From Blastocystis sp. subtype 4 (Eukaryota), in NCBI RefSeq assembly GCF_000743755.1, contig NW_014569516.1, positions 1 to 55,465 on the forward strand: a stretch of DNA of 55,465 bases, written 5' to 3'. The position numbers and the translations under genes were made by a program. Shown here piece by piece: positions 23,474-36,125 of this stretch. Below the pieces are notes generated by a model. It was not told the origin of the DNA and ran no database searches. It worked only from the letters and a program-made list of their open reading frames with translations. Within the stretch, counting starts at the first letter, position 1; each line of letters opens with the position of its first letter.

Positions 23474-25195
23474 TTATTGAGAAGGTGCAGGCTTTGTTTC
23501 AGTCGCTTCACTAGGTTGAGCGGCAATAGCTTCCACAGGCTTCTGAGTAGCAATGACTTCAGTAGGCTTCTCCTCCGTTTTTTCCTTCACAGGCAACTCG
23601 GTAGAATAATCACCAAAGAAGTCCCATCCCTTCTTGCCCTTCGTCACAATCATGTGCTTGAACAAGATCGAAACCAAATACTCTGAAACCAGAGCCACAA
23701 TCATAGCCAGAGTACGGAATGGCATCCATGAAGGATAAGGAATGAACTGTGGAATATTGAACACAGGTTCACCTCCTCCGAAACGAAGAATGGCACCAAG
23801 GAGATATCCAACCAGAGAACCATATGTGTTCACTGAATCCTTCCAGTACACAACCAGCAGAAGCTGAGGGAACAGAAGGACATAAATGAAATCAGAGGTC
23901 AAAACCCAGAGAGAATACACCGAATTAGACACCAGAGCGAGAATAGTACCCAAGATACAAATAACAATCATTGCAATACGAGCAACTACAGTGATCTCAT
24001 GATCACTTGCCTTCTTATGGAAGAGTGGCTTATACACATTAACAGTGAATACGGTAGCTGAAGCGAGATAAGCTCCATCAGCTGTCGATAGAGTGGCAGC
24101 AGCAATACCACCCAAACCCAAATACGTGATAACATCAGGAGTTAAATACTTGATAATGTAGGACAAGGCAGATGATTCCTTCCCTTCCAGTGTTCCCACT
24201 TCAGGGAACTGGGACCAATCCACTGTTGTGGCGTAAACACCCATCAGTGCAGGAGCCACAGCAGAGAGAAGAGCACCCACTCCTGACCACATAGACATGG
24301 TTCTAGCATCCTTCACACTTCGACTTGAGAGTACTCGCTGGAAATATACTTGCCAGGGAATACCTCCGAAGATCATAAGAAGAGCAGAATCAGCCCAGGA
24401 ACCAATGTCTGCAGCTTGAATACTTCCCAGCCAGACATCTGAAGTCTTCGTAGCGTCACCCACATATTCGCTGGTAGCAACGAAAGGAATACAGATATAC
24501 AGACAAATGAACATCAAAACCAACTGAACCACATCTGTGTAAGCGACCGAGTACATACCTCCAATGAAGGCAAGGAAACAGGAACAAACAGCACTCACTA
24601 TAATAGCAAGTTCAGAAGAAATGCCAAGAAGCACAGACAAACAAGCACCTAAGGTGGAGAGAGCCATAGCAATCCAGAAGATATCTCCCAAACAAGCAGG
24701 AAGATACAACAGAGCAACCATCCAGTTACTGAACTTCTCGCTAAAAGGATCGAACATGGTGATGTACTCCTTTTCTCTCATCTTCTTGCAGAATAGAATA
24801 GCTCCGAAGAAGAAGCATACAGCATAGCACCAAGGAGCCTGAGTCCAAGCAAGACCCGAACCCTTAGTAACCACTCCTTGAGTAGTTCCATAGAGATAAC
24901 CTCCACATACCCATGTGGCAACCATCGTAATAATACCCATGATTCCACTGAAGTTTCGTCCAGCTAGAGCAAGTTCCACAGCAGTATCAGCTTTCTGCTT
25001 CTTACTAGCCCAAATACCCACTCCAATAACAATAATGTAGAACAAGACTAGAGCAACAACACCGATAGGATCAAACTCTGTGTGGTAAGCGGGAACCTCA
25101 GTAGGTAGTTCCGTAGGAGCCAAGGATGCACCCTCTTGAACATCTTCAGCCATCACAGAGGCAATAATTGGGAGAGCAAGCAATAAACCACTCAT
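23474..25195 (-). CDS. Sodium:solute symporter, high-affinity choline transporter (SLC5A7)-like
   Basis: Uninterrupted 573-aa multi-TM ORF; ATWVCGGY, GLAWTQAP, YITMFDPF, GGMYSVAYTDVVQL, GGIPWQVYFQRVLS, LFPQL. Confidence 0.88.
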   Translation of the reverse strand: MSGLLLALPIIASVMAEDVQEGASLAPTELPTEVPAYHTEFDPIGVVALVLFYIIVIGVGIWASKKQKADTAVELALAGRNFSGIMGIITMVATWVCGGYLYGTTQGVVTKGSGLAWTQAPWCYAVCFFFGAILFCKKMREKEYITMFDPFSEKFSNWMVALLYLPACLGDIFWIAMALSTLGACLSVLLGISSELAIIVSAVCSCFLAFIGGMYSVAYTDVVQLVLMFICLYICIPFVATSEYVGDATKTSDVWLGSIQAADIGSWADSALLMIFGGIPWQVYFQRVLSSRSVKDARTMSMWSGVGALLSAVAPALMGVYATTVDWSQFPEVGTLEGKESSALSYIIKYLTPDVITYLGLGGIAAATLSTADGAYLASATVFTVNVYKPLFHKKASDHEITVVARIAMIVICILGTILALVSNSVYSLWVLTSDFIYVLLFPQLLLVVYWKDSVNTYGSLVGYLLGAILRFGGGEPVFNIPQFIPYPSWMPFRTLAMIVALVSEYLVSILFKHMIVTKGKKGWDFFGDYSTELPVKEKTEEKPTEVIATQKPVEAIAAQPSEATETKPAPSQ

Positions 25196-25369
25196 TCCAG
25201 AATAATATTGAATGGTAGAAACAGAGGAGGACCCTTAATAGTTCATTAATAGGACACATGAAACCAAAACTACGTAATTGGACCCTTCTCTGACAGAAGG
25301 TTGAATGAAATCAAGTCGACGAAAATTGATTCAATCGATAGAATACCAACGAATGAATGGATATCCAAA

Positions 25370-26186
25370 ATGACTTTAGGAATTATCCTGGGAAGCTCGC
25401 TGCTATCATCCAAGGCATTCAATGACTTTGCTACGAAAGTTTTTGAATCTGATTTTGGAAATGTTGAGTATTCGGAAGGTGTCATCAATTCCGTTTCTGT
25501 TGTGATTATCAGAAGACACTTGTTCGATAAAAGCCAGCCATATACGATTCCATCGGAATTGAATTACAAGGCGATGATCATGACTTTCAAGAAATTGGGA
25601 TGTGAACGAATTATTGGATTGTATGAAACTTATTTTCACATTCTTGTTTAGTTATTCTGTTGGATCTCTCAAAGAGTCTATTCCTCTCTGTAGTATTGTG
25701 GTTCCAGATGACTATGCTTATTTGGGGGCGCCTCCACATATTCTTAATGATTACTCCTCCCATTTCGTTCCATGTATGAATATTGTGTTATCTTCTCTGT
25801 AGCCTTGGACATGGAAATGAGAGAGCGTGTCATTCAGATCCTGAAAGAAAACGGTTTTTCTCCTGTTTGCGGAGGCACGTACTTTCAAACCTTTGGACCT
25901 AGGTTTGAAACAAAGGCAGAGATCCGTTTCTATCAAGCTTTTTTTGAGTATGTTGGAATGACCGGTGCATGTGAAGCAACACTTGCCCAAGAACAGGGAA
26001 TGGGTCTCTGTATGGTTGGACTTGTTGATAATATGGCACATGGATTGGGAGAACCGTTAACAGTGGAGGTTCGATCGTCAATTGGTTCTCATCCTTAGAG
26101 ATTCAAAGCACTGCAAGAGTCAAACAAGGTTCTGATGGAGGAAGTGGTAAATACGGTAATTCAGCGGGTTTGTGAATCTTACATTT
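25370..26186 (+). CDS. MTAP/purine nucleoside phosphorylase family enzyme; stop probably completed by polyadenylation
   Basis: GIILGS, IRRH, LNYKA, SVGSL, VVPDDY, GPRFETKAEI, VGMT...EA, VDNMAHG. Confidence 0.88.
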
Positions 26187-26190
26187 TTCT

Positions 26191-26198
26191 TGTTTGTT
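26191..26198 (+). terminator. TGTTTGTT 3'-processing motif (MTAP-like gene)
   Basis: Exact motif, separated by 4 nt from an in-frame T. Confidence 0.8.
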
Positions 26199-26224
26199 GG
26201 CTTTCTTGACTGATTTTTGCTAGG

Positions 26225-26791
26225 ATGGATCCGGGAGTAACGGATTCTGGAAGCCTAAGCTGTGAGTGTTCACGAGAGGAGAACTCTCTATCTTGTAGTA
26301 TTTCAGCGGATTGTCAAAATCCCTTTTCTTTCCACATTGAAGGACAAAAGGTGTTGGTGTCTTCTTGTATTCCATTGAGAAATGAACAATCTAGCGAGTC
26401 ACACGTCGCAGAATGTGTTAATTCCTGTGAGGGTAGTTCTAAAAAGTGTGTCTCTCTACCTATGGATACTTCAAAAGAAAAGACGGTCGTTTCAAATCCT
26501 CCTAGGATTTCGGTTCAGAGAAGAGGGTTGGCCTCTCGCATTCCGATACTGAGTAAGTCAGATGTTGCTGTGCAATATCGAAACTCCCAGAGAAAGTTAA
26601 GAAGTATTAGTGAGGACTTTTCAGAAGGATCCTTTCTGGTTGTCAATGAACTGAAGGATCCAGATACGGAGCCACCATTCTCTCGTTCTCGTGAGGGTTC
26701 TCTAGGTCGATGATGTATAGGCAGCATTCCGTGCTGTGACTATTCTTCAGTTAGCTTTGAAGGCCTTTGTGATGTGACTTTGCACAAGTAG
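26225..26791 (+). CDS. Hypothetical Ser-rich protein
   Basis: ORF 26225..26713 joined by a 30-nt intron to TAG at 26789-26791; TGTTTGCT downstream. Confidence 0.45.
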
Positions 26792-26825
26792 CTTGTACTT
26801 TCTTTTGTTTGCTCTATTAAACAGA

Positions 26826-28070
26826 TTATGGAAGAATTTCACCAAGAATCACAGAATGGTCGCTACTGACCGAACAAATGATAGGCTCAATTGGATGGAA
26901 ATCCACATCGTTCACACCACTCTTGTGGCCAGGAAGACGATATCTACTCATCATCCCCTTTCCAGTTCCCTACTTTATTCCTAAGGAGGTTGTATCATAC
27001 ACATAGACAAATCCATCACTACTTCCACATGAAGCCATAGAGAGATCTGGACTCCACGAACAACGCAGAAGATTTCCACTATTCTCTTGCTATCCTTCAT
27101 TTCAATATTTGATTCTTACTCGATGACCCCTCATTAGCTTCAAACAACGATTCTCTCCTTCAAAGTATGCATTGATATCCCACACACGTAGACCCGCATC
27201 TAAAGAATTGCTTAATCTACTCTCATAATCACCACTCTCTCCTACAAGTAACCTCCATCAGGAGCCAAACGAATGCCAGAAATCATTTCTTGCAACTGAG
27301 GGAGAATAATTGAAGGAGTAAATGTACTCATCTCATACACACGAATGATTCCATCCAAACCTCCTGTAATGATTTGTGTTGTGTCTTCGTTGAAACAACA
27401 ACCTGTGACTTGAAACGAGTGAGGAAGAGTTTTGATGCACTCATGAGTACGCTCATCCCACAACTACAATTCACTGTTGGGATCAGGAATACTTTGCATG
27501 TTCCATCATCGCTACAACTTACGATCAGATTGTCATTCTTCTTTGAGGCATCAACTCCATTTACAAAGGATGCATGACCTTTCAGCTTTCTTTTCAATCG
27601 TCCCAACTATCCCATCATTGAGAAGTATCCAACTATTACTGCCGCATCCCACACAATTACGTTCTTATCTGCACCACCGCTAATTACCTCACCTCCATCG
27701 TAGTCCCAACATACTTCCAGAACTGCATTCTTATGTCCTTCCAGAAGAGCGTAATTGTCACATTCTCCATATACGTCCCACAGAAATATATTTGTATCCA
27801 TTCCAGCAGTTGCCAGGTGTTGTCCATCAGGAGAAAAACGAACTGTGTATACTGCATCCTATTCAATGAAAATAAGAACTCTAAATCACTTTATGTCCGA
27901 TTAGTTCTAAATTGGGAGCCTTCAAACTCGATGTGCGAGGAGGCTCGTCAAGATCGTCCTATCTGTAACTAATGAAGGAAACGAACTACACGAACGACTA
28001 CAGCCATATTCTTCTCCATATCGGCAACAACGAGATCAGTTGAAGTCTGCTTATCGTTCTGGTGACTCAT
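26826..28070 (-). CDS. SNRNP40: U5 snRNP 40 kDa WD40 protein
   Basis: PRTSSLKAP..LxGH, FLWDVYGECDNYALLEGHKNAVLEV, LKGHASFVN, YRLPGHKSGVNDVDFHP, ILGEI. Confidence 0.9.
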
Positions 28071-28278
28071 TCTTTCTATAAAGTGTTAGATCGTTTTCAA
28101 GCCCAAAGGAATATTGATTACAATGAAAAGATCCTTTTTTATCACCTCGGATTTGAAGAAAACAGGGAAAGAATAATTGGGGACCAGAGGTCACCAAACT
28201 TAATGACAATAGGATCAATAGGGTACCTAAATCGGATTGGCTCATTGTTTTCAAATCAAACACCGTTAATTTAACTCT

Positions 28279-31235
28279 TTAATATACTTGAGTATCAAAT
28301 CCATCGAGACTCGAAAGTGCTGCATCGTTCTGATCAAAATACGTAGACTTCTTTTCTTCTACTTTCCAACCAACTACCACTAGATACGAGTCATCATACA
28401 TACTTTTGGTTTGACCATTCACTGCATTCTCTTTGTCAACAAATAGCTTCACTCTTTTCGGAACGCGATTCACTTGGATCAATCCTTCTCGTTTGTCTAC
28501 TCGTTCTTTGTATCCACTAGCACCGAACTCCTTATTCATAAGACTATGTCTGAATGTCATGATTTCCACATACTCGAATATTCCTTTCAAGACTTCATCT
28601 CGCAACCATGGATTTGGTGATTGTAATCTTTCCAAGTCCTCTGGATGAATCTATATATCATACTCATATCTCTCCATTACTGTACTTGCAAGGAAACAAG
28701 CGGCAAATGGATTCACAGAAGGGATACACTCATACCACTTCTGTAGAGGAGTTTCATTCTCTGTTAAGAATGATCTGTCATCATAAGAATCTCCCCATAC
28801 TCCCTCTCTAAGAGGGGCATGTTCATAGAGCTGTTCAAGAATCTCAATCATTCTGTCTTCTGAGGATCTGTGAATGAGTGTGTTTGCATGTGCATACGTG
28901 TAGTGAAGAGTGATATGAAGTGGAATGAGAATGAGACCTGCTTGGAGAGCAAGAATATTCGAAGCTATTTCTGGAGTACTTGTGGTTTGAAGAAGAACGA
29001 GGATATGAATAGTGGAATATCGTGGAAACATGAATGAAACGGTCGTAATGAATTCTTTCAAGGAAGAAGGTTTTAGAATGATGTGATGAGTAATACAGAA
29101 AACGGCCGTATTGATGTCAATAATAAGATGAGGACCATGAAGAGGTCTGCACTTATAATCAAGACTTGATTGTGTGAGTGATCTAACCAATGAAGACAAA
29201 GAAAGAGACTAACCGTACAAGGGATGGAAAGGAAGAAAGAAGAGTCTCTTCAAGAAGAATTATATGAGGAGTGAGATTAGTTTGAGAGGGTTGAATAGGG
29301 GTTTCAACAAGAATTGGATTTGAGTGTTGTGATGATTCTTTCAATGGAGATGACAAATGAAGTGGTGTTTGTGAGGAGGGATTCGTGGAGAGAAGAGAAG
29401 CGATATGCTGAAGGAACGAGAAAACATCTTCAGGAAGAATACGCTTGTAATCTTCATTCTGAAGGAGTAATTTGAGATAACACTGCATGCTCTCCACTTC
29501 CTCTTGTGCCAATCCTTCCTGAAGAGTGATCAGAGCATGAAGAGTTACTGAAGCTTGGAGAGCTCCTCGTAATGGTGTCAACAGAGAGGTTGCTTGTGTA
29601 ATAGGAGTGGAATGAATGATAAGAGAGAGTTGAGACTGGATATAGTCAACAAGGGTTCTATGGATGAAGGAGAGAACAGAACAGAGACGCTATTGTGGTA
29701 GTAGTAAGTGAGGAGAGAGTAGATGAAGAAGGAAGAAGTGATTCTTGTTGAAGATAGGAGAGAGAATGACTTGCAAACGAGGATATCTCGGTTAGCAGTG
29801 ATTGATAGTGGTTGGAATGATGAACAGGCGATGAGCGATGAGGAGGAGTGAGCTGAGAGGATTGGAGAGATTGAGAAACCACAGGAGTGAGTTGAGTTGT
29901 CACAGAAGCAACAGATTGCGTCTGAACAGGTTGAATGGAATGAGGAACAACTGGACTGGTCTGTTGCATCTGAGTGGGTTGAGTCGAAGGCATCAAAGGA
30001 GCTTGAGTAATTGGTTCTGTGGATGAAGAGAGTCCAGATGATAACGAATTAGACTTCATAGTCATATTAGACATAACAATAAACACATCTGATCGGTTCC
30101 ATTTCATCAAAACAGGAATACACTCCAAACTTGATGATAGATCAGATTTAATCTGATTCATGAATCGACTTCCAAAGAGAAATCCTAATTGAATTGTTTT
30201 GGATAATAATGGAATGATTCGAGTTGATTCCAATGAGTGTGTGAGTTGTTCATTCAATACATTTGGTGGTGCAGATGACAGTTTTGAGAGTGATACAGGG
30301 AGTAAGAATCGTGTATTCAGTGTTCCAGCGTATTGAAACAAAGTGATTTCTGATGTTCGATCAATCAAATAGTCTGGCATGTCTCCAGAGAGAGGGAGAG
30401 AAGAGGGAATATGAGATTGAATAGGAATTGGTGTATGAGGTACAGAATGAAGGAAGAGGAGAGGAAAGACTTCTTCATTCAACTTGGTGAATGCGATTGG
30501 TATGGGATACCAAGATTCATGAGATGGTTTGGATATGATTTGAAGAGAATACGAAGGAGAAACAGAATCATCACTCAAGTACAGAGGAAGGTGTTGGATA
30601 GGAATATCCGATGGGATTTCATAAGTAAATACGTTGAAGGGATGAAGCGAAGGAGTTAAAAGAGGAATCAGCGGGTCATCCGTTATCTTTCGAAATATTG
30701 GACTTTCTACAAAGAGTTGAGATGACACAGATCTTGAAGAAGAATCCCAAGAAGAAAGAACACATGAACAGCATTCATCACTGGAAACAATATTCATAGG
30801 ATACGATATAATAGGGAGATATTGAATCGATAATAGAAACGAAACAGCTATCTTTTGAGGACACAGAGGAGTGAATGACACATCTGGATAAACAGATTGA
30901 AGGATAAATTCCTTTCGAAACAAATCTACTCTCGATTCAGAGTCTCTTGAAATATCTGGATTGAATACCTCGTCTTTTGGACATTCCTTTACAAATGGAT
31001 CTATGCATTATTTATCACTCAAATAGTCACGAAGATCAACAGAAGCAATTGTTTTCACACTTCCCACTTCCATCATCATCTTTCGAAATTGAATACTGAG
31101 AATAGGTTTCTTATCATTTACAACCTCTGGTAGCTTCATTGGAGGAATGAGATATCTCTGGAGACGAAGATCCTCTTCCTCCTCTTTTTCACATGCATCT
31201 CGATAGTAATCCTTGTATAAAAAGCGAAGAAGCAT
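28279..31235 (-). CDS. SHOC1: SHOC1/Zip2-like meiotic XPF-domain protein
   Basis: Five ORF pieces join in frame through 30-31-nt introns. N-terminus MLLRFLYKDYY; C-terminal PHLIID..TAV, FLTENETPLQKWYECIPSVNPFAA resembles the SHOC1 XPF/HhH region (recalled, not searched). Confidence 0.6.
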
Positions 31236-31303
31236 TCAATTTATGATCTAGTTGGTTCATCTTTTCCCTCCATTTCAAATAAACACTTTGAAAAAGGCAA
31301 AAA

Positions 31304-33137
31304 TTATAGACTATCTTCTTCTGATAGGATTGACTCTTGCAATTGCTCATCAAAATCAATAACTGCATTCTCCTTCTTTGATACATGTACAACCGGAACA
31401 CCATCTACAATTAAATAGAAACATAACGATAACCTTTATTAATATATCCCGAAACCGTTCCTCGCTTACACTCCTCGATACTAGCAATGGTTTTCTTTGC
31501 TTGAGGAAGTCCGCCTGTCTTCTTCACTTTCACCTTCTTCCGGTTCTTTTCAGCTTCTACAATAATCCGATCTCGTTCCATCTCATTCAAATCTTCAAAA
31601 TCAAAACTCCTTGACTATATCTCATTTCCTAGATTCATTCTTACCATGACAGAGGTATTAAGAGGTTCTCCTCTCTTTCGAGAAATGGCTGGAGTTTTCA
31701 CTTTGAAAGCTGATGCCCATTCACCATTGATCTGTTGAGCATCGAATAATGTTTCTTTGTCTTTTGAATCCTCTTCTTGATCCAATTCCTCCATCATCTC
31801 TCTCAGTTGTCGTTTCCGTTTCATTGTCCCTTTTCTTGCCAATTTCATCCCCTTTTCTGTCTTTTTGTTTATCTTCGGTTTCTCTGGTATCTTCTTGTCA
31901 GGTGGTTTGAAACCATGATCCAGACTCACAACCTTGCATTCCTCTGCTGTACGCCCAGAAACACGAAGACTCACTTGAGTCCAGAAAAGAGGACTTGTAA
32001 GAGGAAGAGGAATCGTTTCAACAGCATCGTGCAGTTTCTGCAATTCCTCTTCAGTCCATGGGTTCTGAGTCACGACTGGAGGAGGCGATGGATGGTGGTC
32101 CTCTTCCTCAATTGGTTTGAATTTGGATGCTATGGGCTTGGGCTTTGATTTGGGTTCTCTCGATTTCAGAGGTTCCTTTGATTTGACAGGCTTTTTTGGT
32201 TTTGACTCTCTCTTCACACTCTTTCCCTTCGATTTGGGGATCGAAGGTTTTGCAACTGGCTGCACCAAAAATGGCTTTGATTTGGGTTCTGAGGGTTGAT
32301 TCACTCTCTGGGATTCAGTCACTTCCGACAAGAAAGAAATCTCTCTTGCTTCTGGAGGTCGAGTCTCCTTCACCCTTTCTGAACCCACTTTCACATTCTC
32401 TGCAGAGTGAACTATCTTCACATTCTCCTCTTCAAACTCTTCTTCGATTCTCTCTTCATCTTGATCCACTATCCTTCTCACTCTTTCTTTGGTTACATGT
32501 GACGAATTATCCAAGTGTACATAGATACCCTTCCAGAATTCGAGAGGAGGAACACGACTACGACGAGACAGATTGGATGTAGATTGGGAAAGAGAGGGGG
32601 TCATATCGCTCAAACTGTCATCCAATTTTATCTTCAAAGGTGCCACACGATTGCTGGAAGTCAATCTGTCAGAATCCGAACGAACAATGAAAGGCTCGTC
32701 CCAAAATTCCTTTTCAAATTCACTTCCATCCAAATGAACCAACTTATCCTTTTTTCCCCTTGGACTAGTTATATGGAAATCTGTAACACTTTTCTCAGTA
32801 TCCATATTCATTGAAAAAGAATCATCTTCCTCATTTCCAGTCTTCAATACTCTGTTTACTCTATTTATAAAAACCCACTTCAATAATAACAGTTTTCCCC
32901 ATGCCTTATTATCAACAGATGGAACTAGTTCATAAGAATTCGATTTATCACTTGAAAGAGAGAGTCTAGTTCATGACAAACCAACAACGACTTCTACATT
33001 GGTTTTGACACTAGCAACGAATCTTCCAAATCAAATATTCCGCTGTTATTATCTCGAGGAAGTTGCTGCGACTTGATAGGAGAGACAAGTGTTTCAAGTT
33101 CTTTCTCCTTTTCTGTATTCTGAAACGGATCTTCCAT
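31304..33137 (-). CDS. SANT/Myb protein with CENP-C-like motif, Mis18BP1/KNL2-like
   Basis: SRRSRVPPLEFWK (CENP-C motif); WTEEELQKLHDAV...FWTQVSLRVSGRTAEEC (SANT); ARKGTMKRKRQLREMME. Confidence 0.65.
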
Positions 33138-33223
33138 ACTTGCGACTATGGAAAGATCCAAAAACAACTGATGTTTGGATTTGAATATGGTCTTGTTGAA
33201 TTCAACAAATACTAGGAAAAATA

Positions 33224-34528
33224 TTAGAGAACACTCTTGATATTGAAAATCACCAACTTCAGCAGAAAAACTACAAACCATACAAGAGCAACTCCAATTG
33301 AAATCATGAGAATCCACTTTGGGGATTCCAAAATCTTTTGCTTTCTATCAAAGATGAACACTTCCTATACTTCACTTCCTCAATTATCTCAAACTCTATT
33401 CTCTAACCATTCGGGACTCCATTGCTGATTCTTTATGAAATAATCCATTTGTTTATCCTTCTCCACATATGAAGCATCCAACCACTGTTGTATATTATGA
33501 TTGATCACATCCAAATCATCTGATCCTTTCACCAAATCCTCTACATTCACCACATTCACATGCATATGGAGATTCACAGGAATACGCTACGAATAATAGG
33601 AACGACTCAGTATCACTTTTCCAAACATATTCACTAGTGAAGGGAGATTCTTATCGATCTCACGTTCATAATGCTCACCACAGATTTCTCCAGAATATCC
33701 TTCGAACTGCATGGTAGCATCATACACATAAAAGTCCTCTTCTGTTTGTAGATGAGCCTCATGCAAACGTTTTAACACATATGCCAAACCCATAGAACGA
33801 GGAAGCAGTACATGCTACAGAACAATCAACAATCATATTATACCTCCAAAACAGGTCGACCTGCATTCTTAGCATAACGCTGACTTCTCTCATAAGTACT
33901 ACGACAATACACTGTTCCTTCAGGAGACAAAAGAAAACTGATGGGATTCAAAGATGTAAGATAATCTGTTAGAAATGAATCGAAATGCAATTGGTCACGC
34001 TCCCAATTCCGATCTAAGAAACACATGTGAAGATCCTTAATAGCATATCCAAACAGCGGAATCGAACGCAAACTGCTTTTCATCATAGCGGAGAAGTCGC
34101 CTTCCTTGCCGAAAATGGAGTAAAGAAATGAAGAAAACAACCAGTCCCACTCTGTTTGGTGATTATGGAGGTAGACGGATTTGCTACCTGTCACAACAAG
34201 TGATATAAAATAACTTCTTTGCTGTTCTCCTTAACTCATCAATATCTCCGCTGAGTACCAATTTCACATCAGGTGTCAGAAAACGAACTAATCTTATGTA
34301 AACACCCTAGATATTACAGATTCAAAGAATAACGAACAAGAAGCGATGATTTGAGTGTACGGACTTGTACTGTTCCTAATAACGGAGACAAACAACTCAA
34401 AGCAAAGAGCCAAACAAGAACTAACGCTGCAGCGAAAACTGCAAACAATACCGATATAAGCAGTCGCACTGTACTGCACTAGAGTTCATATGTATGCAAA
34501 GGCATCCTACAATCGTATCCAATATCAT
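33224..34528 (-). CDS. Lysophospholipid acyltransferase (AGPAT/LCLAT1 family)
   Basis: NHQTEWDW (HX4D), KSSLRSIPLFG, FLDRNWERD, SPEGT, VLLPRSMG; hydrophobic N- and C-terminal segments. Confidence 0.88.
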
Positions 34529-34907
34529 TCAATGAAATCCAGAATTGTAGTTTGATGAGAATGACTTGAATAGTCATGAAAACCCCGAGCACAATGAATT
34601 GGCGATGAATAAGAAAAAGGATAGATATACCAGAGGGGAACGATCGTATCCAATATACCAGTAAGTCCTTCGGTATGTGTTGACCGAAAACTCAGATCTA
34701 GTCTTATTGTGTTATTGTAATTCTCTTCTTTCCATTATCAATGATTTTAGCTCGATTGATCCTTTGCATAACGAGAAAAGAGGTTCAGAGATCAAATCAA
34801 ATAAGCAGAAATGAAATACAGTGATTTCTGATCCAGGGGTTATTGTATTGTCTTTTCCTTTCGCCTCTTTCAGTTCAAAGATTGTTATTTCATTCATTTC
34901 AACCAAC

Positions 34908-35288
34908 ATGGTATGTTGTAAATGCTTTAGCAATTGAAATGAAAGGAAATGGGAAGAGAAAACGTTGTCTAACACGATCTAGCCTAAGCAGATCAAGGAC
35001 GTTCGTGAATTCATCGGTATGACTAGAAGAAAGGATGCTGCTCGTATTCATTTATTTTTGAGAGGGTTATAGATAGTGATCAAGATCAAGAAGAATACTA
35101 GCGGTGAGACGAAGTTCAAGGTGCGCTGCAGCAAAGTATAGCTTTGTTAGCTGGTTTTATGGCTAGTACCTCTACACCTTGGTGATTAAGGATGCTGTGA
35201 AGGCTGAGAAGCTTGCTAAATCTCTTCCTCCTAGTAGATTTATTGGAGTATCTTCTTATCTATAGCCATTACTAAGGAGGAGATCTAA
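34908..35288 (+). CDS. RPL38: 60S ribosomal protein eL38
   Basis: ATG, a 72-nt intron, then PKQIKDVREF..RRKDA..KIKKN..TKFKVRCSKYLYTLV..KAEKLAKSLPP; missed by the ORF track. Confidence 0.95.
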
Positions 35289-35646
35289 GTATGTTGGGGG
35301 ATGAGTCACCGTTGAAATACAATCAGCAATACATCTTTGTTTGTTTGATACAACTGTTCATTTTTAACTGGTTTGTTTCTTAGGTTTCGATGAGGCATCT
35401 TTGATATACCGTCACTATCAAACACTTTACAGATTGAGATTGAAACTCTGATGGGGTACAATTTCAATGAGCAGTAATAACGTCATTTCAATTTGATCCC
35501 CTGGTTTGGTTGAATACATTCTTGACCATTCTAAAGAGTTCGTAGTTGTAAGTGATTGAATTTGGTTGGAAAGAGGATGGAATGAACAGGAATTTCGAAA
35601 TTCCTGTTAGTAGTGTGTATTCTGTTGTAATCGATTATTTAGGACA

Positions 35647-36056
35647 ATGCCATATACTCCTTCCAGACTTCACGTTAAGGGCGCCATTCTGGGTTACAGA
35701 AGGTAGGGATGGAACGATGGAGGACATACTCTATAGAAGCAAGGTCGCTCAGTATGAAAATCAGAGCCTCATCAAGATTGAAGGAGTGAACACTGCTAAG
35801 GATGCTGAGTTCTACTTCGGAAAGCGTGTTGCTTACGTCTACAAGGTATATTGTTGTTGGCAATGAATTTGGATGACTTCTAACGGTCCTTTAGGCCGAA
35901 ACCATGAAGAACGGTTCTCATTATCGTTGCATCTGGGGTAAGGTCGCGAAGGCTCACGGAACCAACGGAGTGGTGCGTGTATTCTTCCGTCACAACCTTC
36001 CTCCTCAGTCAATGGGAAAGACAGTGCGTGTGATGCTCTATCCTAGCCGTGTGTAA
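35647..36056 (+). CDS. RPL35A: 60S ribosomal protein eL33 (L35a)
   Basis: [61 protein letters not shown]. Confidence 0.95.
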
Positions 36057-36125
36057 TTGATGGCCAAATTGAGTTCTGATCAAGATTTAGTACATGTTTG
36101 TTTCAAACAGAGCAGAAAAGGGTAT

